Assembly (NCBI GenBank): GCA_963693365.1
Contig: CAVNZM010000008.1
Span: forward strand, 9,056,818 to 9,120,817
DNA length: 64,000 nt
From: Amoebidium appalachense
Lineage: Eukaryota > Protista > Ichthyosporea
Direction: 5' to 3'
Every line of letters begins with the position of its first letter. The first letter of the stretch is position 1. The notes under the pieces are model-generated. The model did no database searches and was not told where the DNA came from. It saw nothing but the letters and a program-made list of their open reading frames with translations. The position numbers and the translations under genes were made by a program. Below, one piece after another: positions 23,310-64,000 of the stretch.

Positions 23310-24124
23310 AGGTCTGCGCAACCCGAGGATGATGATGATATGCCCTACATCAAGGGCAGGCTGTACTTTGAGAGGATGGCTGGCACCGCCGCACCACCAC
23401 AGAACCCAGCAAACATGGTATTTTGATACCAACCTCCCCCCTCCCCCCCCCCCCCCTCTTTTCCCTCCGAGAAAAACCTAAGGAGAGAGGGAGGGTGGGG
23501 AGGGAAGTGAGGCCGGAAGGGGAAGGGTGTTTTTTTTTTTTTTTTTTTTTTTTTTTTGGGGGGGGGGGGGGGGGGAGAAGAGAGAGGGGGAGAAGAGGGG
23601 GGAGGGGGAGAGGGAAGGGGAGAGAGAGATTTTGGGGGGGGGGGGGGGGGAGGGGGGGGGGAGGGACGGAGAGAGAGAGGAGGAGGAGGAAAGAACGGAA
23701 AACCAGCACTTCTTAAGTGCTGATTTCTGTTTGACTGTTCATCTTTGTGTCGTCCAATGCTCTTGCTTCCATGTTGATCACCCTTTAAGGTAAAACATTC
23801 CCTCCTCCTCCTCTCCCCCTCCCCCCAAATACATTCACACCCATGTGCACACACACGGACACGCCCGCGCGTAAGCACCGTGCGCACACATGTGCTGCGC
23901 GCGTGCGTGTGCACACACACACAAACACACCTGCACACCTTCACACATGCGCGAGCGTGCGCGCACACACACACACATACACACAGGCACACACTCTTAC
24001 TTTCACCACCTTGTTCTCAAAACACCTCTCTTCCTAACATATATTTCTGATGCCGTAGGACACAGCTGAAACGGACGAGAAGCCATTCGAAGCTTTCAAG
24101 GGGTCTGGAAAGAAGTTGCGCTGA
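14597..24124 (+). CDS. UFD1: Ubiquitin fusion degradation protein 1 (p97/Cdc48 cofactor), 11 coding exons
   Basis: Exons: 14597-14599 (ATG only), 15183-15300, 16432-16464, 17954-18075, 19231-19361, 19998-20094, 21237-21383, 21902-21992, 22389-22473, 23312-23417, 24059-24124. Motifs GGKILLPPS, YPMLFEL, SHVGVLEFSAEEG, LPKGTFAKFQ, LEKTLRNFACLT, AISIIECDLHVDFAAPVGY, plus two SHP boxes (FGGSGSRI, FKGSGKKL). Confidence 0.95.
16297..16372 (+). repeat. Minisatellite ATGTTAGTCGCATATT
   Basis: Three exact copies plus degenerate ones. Confidence 0.85.
16535..16630 (+). mobile_element. Diverged subfamily A-like fragment (UFD1 intron)
   Basis: GATGGGCTCT..CTCTTTGTGTGG..TGTGTAC..GCATTC followed by CCCC. 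Confidence 0.6.
17083..17258 (+). mobile_element. Subfamily E copy
   Basis: TTGATGATGGGCT core variant. The 3' end CCAACCCTCTAATGCATACAT-CCCC recurs at ~41105-41140 and 6876-6910. Confidence 0.55.
19746..19949. mobile_element. MITE with ~35-bp imperfect TIRs (Tc1/mariner-like)
   Basis: TGCTTGCACT..ACGGC..AATCAGAACAAGGC at the left pairs with GCTTTGTTCTGATT..GCCGT..AGTGCAAGCA at the right. Homologous to 46390-46538. Confidence 0.65.
20587..20781 (+). mobile_element. 5'-truncated subfamily A copy
   Basis: Near-identical to the 3' part of 22670-23006; flanked by C-runs. Confidence 0.85.
22670..23006 (+). mobile_element. Subfamily A copy, near full length (UFD1 intron)
   Basis: Apparently identical to 51050-51385; poly-C on both sides. 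Confidence 0.9.
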
Positions 24125-24983
24125 TCAACAAAACACTCCAAGACGAAAGAACGCGCAACCACTTTTCACATACTTGAGAGGCGATGTATGTTGCGTGGTG
24201 GTGGTGGTGGAAGAAGACGTTTGTTGGGAAGGAGGGGGGATTCTTTGTTCTTCAGGCAGAGAGAGAGAGAGCCTTTGTGCACGTATGGTTTCATGGTATG
24301 AACATGTTTTGATGCAGCGCTGTGTAATTTGATCAAATGGGGGTTTTGGGGGGGCTTCCTCATTCATGCATATACGCAATAGTAGTTTTATGTTGTGGTT
24401 CACGTCAAGTTGTGAAATTTGACTGTGTAAGGCGTGGGGTAGTCTTTTTCGTCATTTTATGTGCCCTTTCTGTTCAATAGCAAGGTCTATAAGCTTTTTT
24501 TTGTTTGTTCTCAAACCATGCTGCTACTACATATGCATCACTTCATATCTGTGTATTTCAAATGTTGCGCGTAGTGCCATGGGTCATGTAACAAATAAGT
24601 TCTTGAAATCTCAAATTATTTTTGGCCGTATGGTTTTTGCAGGCATTAGTTTGGGTGGGTGCAGATGTGGATAAAATGTATTGGTAATGTGTCACAGCAC
24701 GCGCCATGCTCATATGTACCATGCTTCTGCCTGATAGTTTATATTTATGTGCTACACCCTAGGCTCACTCCTCCTTTTTGGTTATATATTTTAGCTGATG
24801 TGTGTAGCATGCGAGCTTACAAAAGTTCATGATCATGTGTACTGTAATATAATGGGGTACCGGTGTTGCCTTCGTATGTGCAATTGAATGCAAAGGGATG
24901 TCAAAAACTGGTTCTTGTCGAGATTCACGAAGCTCCAAATTATCGATGACGAAGGGAGAGGGGGGTGTTTAGGGTTTTGGTGT

Positions 24984-25035
<52 letters not shown>

Positions 25036-25441
25036 GGGACCGGGTTGGCGGGTGGGTGGGTGGAAGGGGAAACAAAATTGTGCGCATAACATTGTGTTAC
25101 GGAGTGATATGTTCAAGCACAGGATTTGATGGTGTCAGGTCAGATATTATACTCACGGTCGATACCGATTTCAGATATCGATCACAAAGTAACCGCATGA
25201 TTATGGCATTAATTTGTAGGTCCACGTCATATGCATGGTGTCAGTGGGAAGTGGTGCGTGCACGTATATACACGCAGGGTAACCGTTGCTTACGTGCATG
25301 GGTGGGTAGCGTGATGGTGTTTGGGTCACGGTACGTGTGGGGGAGGTGATGGTGGTGGCTGTGTTGCAGAGAAGGTCCAAGCCACCGTGGATGGGTGGGT
25401 CCACATGACTGTTTTTTTGTAACGGGGGGCGAGAAGGGGGT

Positions 25442-25474
<33 letters not shown>

Positions 25475-26180
25475 GGGGTGGGGAGGGGGGGGGGGAGGGG
25501 GCGCGGGGGGGGGGGGGGGGGGTGGGGGGGGGGGGGGGGGAGGGGGGGAGGGGGGGGAGGAGGGGGTGTTTTGGGGGGGGGGGGGGGGGAGGGGGGGGGG
25601 GGGGGAAGGGGGGGGAGAAGCCTTAGGGGGGACTCCGAGGAGGGACAACCAACCACATCAGGAGAATCAACTTGCTGCGGAAAAGCAGAATCATTCTGAG
25701 CGAAAGAAACTTTGAAAATATTTTTCTTATATCATAAAAGCGGAGTTCCGCATACTTTAAAGCTAACTTTTTGCCCGCTCATTGATCGGATAAACTAGAA
25801 CAAATAAATTTCTATTCTGCTGCCGTTTGTGTTTGCAGGATTTGAATTCAGGCTTTTTGTTCGAATAGGTTTGGGAAAAGCAGAGTGATTCTGCTCGAGG
25901 CAGCTGAATGGCCTCTGTTTGAGCAAACATATGTGCACGGCGCAGGATGTTATAATTCTGCGCGTGGCCAGCAAGTTCATTCACGTGATTTGGTTAAGCC
26001 CTTGGGGAGCTCGAGGACACGGAGGAGGAGAAGGAGGAGGGGGAGGGGGGAGGGGGAGGGGGGAGAGGGGGGGGGGAGGGGGAGGGGGGATGGATTGGGA
26101 TTGTCCATCATCCCCTTCTCCCCGCCACCATCATCAAGGGGCTAGGGCGGGGGGAGGGGGAGGGGGGAGGCCGGGGAGGG

Positions 26181-26211
<31 letters not shown>

Positions 26212-26472
26212 TGGGGGGGACGGGGGGCAGGGGGGTAAGGGGGGGGGGGGGGGGGGGGGTTTGTTCAAAGGCTTTTGCACCGGAACCGGGTATGCAGCGT
26301 AGAGAAATTGGTATGAACGCAGTTCTGGGCAACTTAGTTCGCCGCAACGGTGCGCTAGAGCAATCTCTGAGCGTTGTGTGTGGGCTTGGGAAGGAGAGAA
26401 GGAGAGGGGAGAGGGGAGGGGAGAGGGGGAGGGGGAGGGAAGAAACTTTGAAGAGACGGGGGGGGGGGGGGG

Positions 26473-26550
<78 letters not shown>

Positions 26551-26552
26551 AA

Positions 26553-26614
<62 letters not shown>

Positions 26615-26751
26615 CTCTAAGAGCCTCAGAGGGAGGGAGGGAGGAAGGGAGGAAGGGAGGGAGAAAGGGAGGAAGGGAGGGAGGGAGGGAGGGAGGGAGA
26701 GAAATAGAGAGAGCGAGAGAGGGAGAGAGAGAGAGGCTCGAGAGGAAAAGG

Positions 26752-26962
<211 letters not shown>

Positions 26963-28475
26963 AGAGTCTCAGACGGATGGAGGGAGGGAGGGAGGGAGGA
27001 AGGAAGGGAGGGAGAAGTGGAGGGAAGGGGGGGGGGGGGGGGGGGGGGGGGGGGGAGGAGAAAGAGACGGAAGCTAGGAAAGGATTCTGTAGGTATGTGT
27101 GTGCTCAAGCGTGCACGTTTACGGCTCCGGGAGTGCAGGTGTATAATATTCGTACTTAGTAAACTTGCCTGTGATTGTTTTCACATTGAAGCGAAGAGAA
27201 AGTCAAGGCATGGAAGGTGGGGATTGATGAGACTCGGACCAAACAACGAGAACCTGAACTGACAAGCTACTGGTAGGAGGAGACGAAGACAGGCACTGAC
27301 TTTCCACAGAGTTCAGATTCGGCGCGGGCATCCGATTCGCGCACGGAGGCCGTTCTGCAATCAGGATGGCCTGCTGCACCTATACACTTTACTGAGCCTG
27401 AGAGAAGATAGTTCCCTACTGAAGTAGCTGAATTATGGGCAAACTCCAAACAATAGGATATGGCAGTGCTCTCAGCCGTTTCCAAAAAAGAAAAAGACGG
27501 TCAGTTTTGATCAGACCCATGTTGCGAAGTGAAGGGAGCCTCGTGTAGGGCCCTCAACGTTACTCGTTATTAATCCAGGAATTTTGTAACTAGGCGATAT
27601 GATTGGCCATTTCTAAATATTGGAATCAACGTTCTATTTTGCTACGTTGCTTTTATCGGTTTTTTTAAGCAGCATTCCACCCGGAGGCACCCACATTCCA
27701 CCAAAACGCGAGGGGCGTAATGAAGGCCCACAGTGTCACACTCAACCTAGACCGATGGCATGCCGGGTGGAATGCGGTATGTGAAAAAGACGGATTTGCT
27801 TTACACGATAAACAACCAATCGCTAAACGTATAGACACTTTGTAACATTCCTGGAATAGATCTACCCAATCGCAACGTTAAATAGGTGATGACGAGGGTA
27901 AGCTAAGCCAATCATCGGCAGCAACCGACCTTGACCAGTACCGAAAGCACTTTATCTGCTTGAGCCAATCACACCAATGCATAAACATGGACCAATCAAC
28001 CCCATCGGAGCATACTTTTGGTGTCAAAATGACTGGACAGAACTTGTATGACATAAAAACCGTACACCACCACCTGGCATAATTTTCGCAAGCGGCCAAA
28101 ATCATATGTAGTGGTAGAAAAAATATTTCAAAATTCATGGCATATCATACTTTCTTACACCACCACCCGTACCGTTCGCAACGTCCGCCAGATGTCAGAC
28201 GTCGATGCGGTCATGCCGGGCCAGCATCAACTTGCTTTAATCTCCCTAACCTTGTGGTGAGATGGGATCCTCCTCGGTAAACAGGCATATTTTTACAATG
28301 ACTTTTTGACTAAGATTTTCTCTGAGCTCAGAAACTCTTCAAAATATGTAGAAGTGAAGCAACCGAGATTTTAAAAATGTCTCGAAGATATTTTAAAACG
28401 CATGCTATTCTTTATCACGGAGTAAATTATGACCTCAATGTTTCTGTGTCTACGAATTAGTTCTGAACTTTCTCA

Positions 28476-29069
28476 CAGGGCTAGAAATTACATTTTAGAT
28501 TACTGTATTTTGGCACCTGGCGGATTGCGGCCTATTTTTGCCCTGAGATATTTACTTCCTTTTTACTTCCCTATATCTATCCGATATATGTATACCTATC
28601 CGGGACCCCCCGTATGATTCATTGCCAATATCATAACCTTGCGTTTATATTACTATACACTTAAAATTTCCTGTCAGTTATTCCCAACAATCATGTGTTC
28701 CTTTTGTTTAAGCGCGATTTACTGTGTTGACTGCTCCTTTCGAGTCTCAGCCAACTGCTGAACCATTGTATATCTCTAAAAATTTGTAGCTTGAATGCAA
28801 AACAAAATACAACGAGCCCAGAAAGCATATTAAATTGGATATTGAGTGGATATTTTTCCTGCATATCTTTCCGTCGAATAAATCCAGTCAAAAGAAAAAA
28901 ATTTCCTGCCTTTTCCATATGCTTTGTCCGGATCCGGCAAAGGACTGGTCATGAGATATAATGAGGTATGTATGTAGATAAAAAATAACTTTTTTCGAGA
29001 TTGCAGGTTTCCAGTGTTTTCCCAGGAAAAAATCGGAAAATTTGAGAGCTCCAACTTTGGGCAGTTGGG

Positions 29070-29132
<63 letters not shown>

Positions 29133-29246
29133 TTTATTTACTTCCCCAACCTCCAACGCAGGTGGAACTAAGTCCCAGGCTTTACTGGTACTTTTTGAAA
29201 ATTAGCTGTATATTTTCTTCCGAAAACAGTGTAATTTCCTGCCCTG
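28476..29246 (+). mobile_element. hAT-type non-autonomous element (MITE), copy 1
   Basis: TIRs CAGGGCTAGAAATT / AATTTCCTGCCCTG; perfect 8-bp TSD CTTTCTCA (28468-28475 and 29247-29254). Confidence 0.92.
28862..28901 (+). mobile_element. Very short 5'-truncated poly(A) retroposon tail inserted in hAT MITE copy 1
   Basis: CATATCTTTCCGTCGAATAAATCCAGTCAAAAGAAAAAAA flanked by a TTTCCTG duplication; absent from MITE copy 2 (~63510). Confidence 0.8.
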
Positions 29247-29299
29247 CTTTCTCAGTGTACTGTAGGTTAAGTTGGTTAACTAAGGAAAGCAATAAACCA

Positions 29300-29438
29300 A
29301 TGATTTTCACACAGTGTTCAGGTATCTCAGTATGCACTTGTTACTGGATAACTCGTGAAGTTTTTATTGTCTTCTCAGTATGCCGTGCTTACTTGCATAT
29401 CTTTCCGTCGAATAAATCCAGTCAAAAGAAGAAAAAAA
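29300..29438 (+). mobile_element. Longer copy of the same poly(A) retroposon tail
   Basis: Same 3' end with an A-tail; flanking duplication AATAAACCA. Confidence 0.7.
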
Positions 29439-30884
29439 AATAAACCATACAAAACAGAAGTTGTGGGGGTGTCCAATGCAAACTCTCCGAACCAATCTGA
29501 ATTCTCAGTTGTCGAGCGAGAGATCTTGCGACATTGTAAGGGGGGCGTGCGCACCGCGCACGCGCTCAAGATTCGTTAGTGTGTTACAACCCAAAGGGCT
29601 CAGGAAAGCACACCTGCAACTTGCACAGGTATTGGTTAAATCAGAAAAGGAAAGAAAGGCAGAAAATAATTGTGTATACGGCGATGCGTTCAGCCACATT
29701 ACGGACCCTATCAGTTCACAATTTCAAATTGAATATGAGCCTCGTTGGCTTATGACGTCAGCTCTGGGAGCTGGCAACATCTTCTCCTTGGAAGTAGCGT
29801 CTCATTGGTTCTCATGATATGTGCATTTAGTCACTGATCGTAAGATATCCACTAGCTTCTGATTATATACCATATCTAGGCCACAGGATACCGTAAAATA
29901 ATACAATAGTTTCCATATCTATTACAACTTCAATTTATACCAAGCTACTTCCTTCTGTGTAATATGGGGAATAATGCTTGTGTGATTTAGCTGCACACAT
30001 AAGATTCGTTTAAGATCATACATTAGTCATAGCATGTAAACTAATGATGCAGGTTGATCCAATGAAACCAATCTCAAGCACTTCGGACGACCAATCGTCG
30101 TCGGCAATCGAGGCTGTTTTCTGAAAGCTTTTTGTTCCCGAGTGATCACTTTTCTAAGTGAACCAAAACCTCCAAACTTCATTTTTTCTTTTAGGAGCCT
30201 AAAAACGGTTCAACGCTGCAAACGATATATGCCTGAGTTTTGTTCAAACCCCAAGCTTGCCGGTAAACTTGCTCTCATGCATCTGAACCGTAGGCGTACA
30301 TTTCTGTACTATGATCATGTCTGTTCTTGCATTGTGTGGCCTCAATGTCATAATGAAGAAAATGAGCTCCCCATGTAGCTATATCCAATGGGGGCGTATC
30401 ACAACAAGCATCAAAATCAGGAGAACACGTTGAAGTTAGCGGCTGTTAACCACCGTTATATAGACCATTAGCAATGAGATAATGCTCCTAAAAACCTATA
30501 ACGACGATTGTAAAAACATAAATCTTCATTATTTGAGATCCACGTTCTCCAATGCACCAAAAAACTAACAGGATCAACTGTTTTTGAATCTCGATGCAGG
30601 TGAAATTAGTTGCGTTTTGTGAATAGACCCCTCCAAATTATGCAGTCGGCCAGAGTAGATCGATCTTACGGTGGCCTACATAGAGAGCACGGGCGCGGGT
30701 TTGTACGGACAGCCTGACGTCTGTGCCAGTCTCTTCCCATCACGAATTCGTGAACGTTCGTGACAGGAATTATTTGTTAATTCGGTGGCATAGAACAACC
30801 AAGTTTTGTTTTAGCACTTTGTAAATACTGCTCTACTGAAATTTAGTAACAACTGGTTAGCTGGTGTGGGTCACGAGCACCAAG

Positions 30885-57826
<26,942 letters not shown>

Positions 57827-58949
57827 TACAAGAAATGTACATATGTTCAATTGATGTGTTTTTTAGGATTAGGTTTTTGCTATCTGCATAAGGGGTTGAA
57901 ATTGTGTGTGTGTGTGTGTGTGTTCGTAGTGGTGGTAGTGGGGATGGGGTTTGTTTTCTGTTGGTTTTTGTGGCAAGGGCTCACCCCCTTTGGTGTCTGG
58001 GTGGTTCAAGTCTTCTTTAGGGCGTGGGGCTTGTGATTAGGTATGAAACGGATGGCACACTTATCTACAACAGTGTGAATGTGGGTCGGCTGATGTTGGG
58101 ATAAAAAGTGCAGATGCATGGCCTTTAATAGCAACTTTGTCCAGCCGAGACCATATCTAAGTCCCGCCTGTGAAAAAAATTTGATTTCAGCGGTTGCAGT
58201 ATTGTATTTGATAAAATCTTTAGTTTATTAGTTGTGGCAGGGAATGCCACTGAAACATTAGTATATGTTCAAATTGAGGACAGTGGGTGATGGGGTTTCG
58301 AGTTCATTTGTATATCCCAAGCACCTTCGGAGTGATGATGGTGGGGGAATGTAGATAGTCGCTATTTGGGATATACTTGGTGATAAGGGAAGTAAGAAGA
58401 GGCAACTGGGTTTGCTCATAAGGGCATTCAGTGAACAATAAAGCTGAGAGTAGCAGGCATTTCCCTGCTGATACCATATCATATGATCATCTATTGTATG
58501 CGGTGTGGGATGGTTCTTGTCTATGTTAGTGGAAGACATCGATACAATTCTCAGTGTAGATATTGTTGCATGCTTGATGCCCGTTCTTGTTCCAGCTCTT
58601 CGTGAATCATTGGTATCTAATGAACGGTAGAAGAAAGTTGGATGGCGTCCATGATGATAGTCAATCAAATTCACTCGCATTTTAGCACGCACGAAGTTAC
58701 ACACACACACATCTACAGTGTACACAAACATACGAACACACTCACCCACCTTTCTCTGCAAGTCCCCCCTCTCCCCCCCCCCCCCCCCCCCCTCCCCCCC
58801 GAACCATCACCACCACCACGTGCAACCCCACCCCCACAAGCACACACACTTCTGGCGTGTGCGCATGCACACACGTACAGTGAACATGGACGACGTCACA
58901 AAGGCACAAAAACACCAGAGTCTCACTACTGATCAACTTTCTCCGCAAC

Positions 58950-58990
<41 letters not shown>

Positions 58991-59120
58991 CCGCCCCCCC
59001 CCCCCCCCCCCCTGCTCCTACATTTTAGCACACGCACACACATGTTATATATAGGTACGTACGCGCATAGTACTAGGACATGTGCACACACCGTGTAACA
59101 CAACTCATCCACCCCCTTCC

Positions 59121-59154
<34 letters not shown>

Positions 59155-59971
59155 CTCCCCCTCCGGGCGGGCGCCTCCCCCCCTTCCCCACCAACCTCCG
59201 AGCAACAGGGGCCCCACTAACATTAACAACTTATAGTGAAGGAAGTGAGGAAGTGTGCGTGTGCTTTTTTTTTTTTTTTTTTTTTTTTGTTTTGTTTTTG
59301 GAACACACCGGCTATTTTTGGGGGCGGCGACAATCCGGTCCCCGGGTCCTCGGGCAATAACACATCTACAAGCATTTCCCGGGTTCGACAAACAAGGGCC
59401 GCGTACTGCCTTGTAGGTGTGTTATTTGTATATGCATGTATCACTTTTTTTTAACACTTCAGCTTAGCGACAGACCACGGCATAACGGTATTAATATTGT
59501 TATATAAATAAGGTAAATGAGCTGCTGTCATGATGCGGCGAGTGCAAACGCCACAAACCGATTGCGATAATCCGATTCGGAAATTCTCCTGAACTTAGAT
59601 CTCCGTGATATGAGCCGGCGTTTGCAGTTACCGGTCAAATAGGGGTAAAACAATAGCTTTAAAACAGTAAATGAACCAGATACGAGAGTTTTCTAAAATT
59701 TTAAAAATAGCACAAAAACATATACTCCATAATTGTCGAATGAGCCCCAAGGTCTAACTGAATTTCTCAACACAGTTTTTTTTAGTATCACGCTGTATGA
59801 GCCACAAAAATGAAAGGAATTTGCAACCGCTCTATGTAGTGCAATCATGCACTTTAGAGTGAAAAATAATAATGAAGAAAATATAATTAGTTTTTAGCAT
59901 AGTGTCTTTTCATTTCATAAAGATGTTTATGCCTTACTTTTCTTGTCGTCAAAGGGCTCTCGTATCATTTT

Positions 59972-60022
59972 TATTGTGCATACTTGTCATATCTTTCCGT
60001 CGAATAAATCCAGTCAAAAGAA
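59972..60022 (+). mobile_element. Third copy of the poly(A) retroposon tail
   Basis: Same 35-bp 3' end; flanking TTTTTATT duplication. Confidence 0.65.
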
Positions 60023-60243
60023 ATTTTTTATTCCATATATGACTCGACCCAGGGCAGGAAATTCCACTGTTTTCGGAAGTAAATATACCGCTAATTTTCA
60101 AAAAGTACCAGTAAAGCCTGGGACATAGTTCCACCTGCGTTGGAGGTTGGGGAAGTAAATAAAAAGAATAGTGCCCTTCCCCTCCCCTCCCCCCTCTTCC
60201 CCCCCCCCCCCCCCCCCTCCCCCCCCCCCTCCCCCCCCCCCCC

Positions 60244-60277
<34 letters not shown>

Positions 60278-60310
60278 CCTCCCCCCCCTCCCCCCCGGCC
60301 CAACTGCCCA

Positions 60311-63369
<3,059 letters not shown>

Positions 63370-63956
63370 AAGTTGGAGCTCTCAATTTTTCCGATTTTTT
63401 CCTGGGAAAACACTGGAAACCTGCAATCACGAAAAAAGTTATCTACATACATACCTCATTATATCTCATGACCAGTCCTTTGCCGGATCCGGACAAAGCA
63501 TATGGAAAAGGCAGGAAAAATATCCACTCAATATCCAATTTAATCTGCTTTCTGGGCTCGTTGTATTTTGTTTTGCATTCAAGCTACAAATTTTTAGAGA
63601 TATACAATGGTTCAGCAGATGGCTGAGACTCGAAATGAGCAGTCAACACAGTAAATCGCCCTTAAACAAAAGGCACACATGATTGTTGGGAATAACTGAC
63701 AGGAAATTTTAAGTGTATAGTAATATAAACGCAAGGTTATGATATTGGCAATGAATCATACGGGGGGTCCCGGATAGGTATACATATATCGGATAGATAT
63801 AGGGAAGTAAAAAGGAAATAAATATCTCTGGACAAAAATAGGCTGCGATCCGCCAGGTGCCAAAATACAGTAATCCTGAAATGCAATTTCTAGCCCTGAC
63901 CCGACCGGCTGACCGAATTCGGACCCCCCCATAAGATAGCCGGTGTGGAAGGAGGG

Positions 63957-64000
<44 letters not shown>

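Noticed and set aside
27672-27776. 13-bp inverted repeat GCATTCCACCCGG / CCGGGTGGAATGC
   Set aside because: It is a single occurrence with no TSD or second copy, so it cannot be assigned.

Overview
Eukaryotic, intron-rich genomic DNA full of poly-C/poly-G runs and (CA/GT)n and (GA)n microsatellites. It may come from a unicellular opisthokont, but this cannot be established from the sequence alone. Most ORFs in the track are microsatellite noise. Three spliced genes can be assembled by hand: NAA50 (minus strand, with an unusual ~175-aa insertion), UFD1 (plus strand, head-to-head with NAA50) and a full-size ABCA transporter (plus strand, ~27 kb). There is also a frameshifted low-complexity ORF at the left end. 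The most striking feature is a family of short non-coding retroposons (subfamilies A, B and diverged relatives; at least 15 copies). They share a 3' end abutting poly-C tracts, lie sense to their host introns, and include a 3.4-unit head-to-tail 453-bp array. They carry a covarying RNA structure with all three hammerhead core motifs (GUU, GAAAC, CUGAGGA) in a non-canonical, pseudoknotted order, making them a candidate new retrozyme/ribozyme topology. The right end holds nested mobile DNA: a CAC-ended element (3-bp TSD) contains a hAT MITE (8-bp TSD), which contains a split-direct-repeat DIRS/PAT-like retroelement. The empty insertion site for that retroelement is visible in a second MITE copy in the same window.
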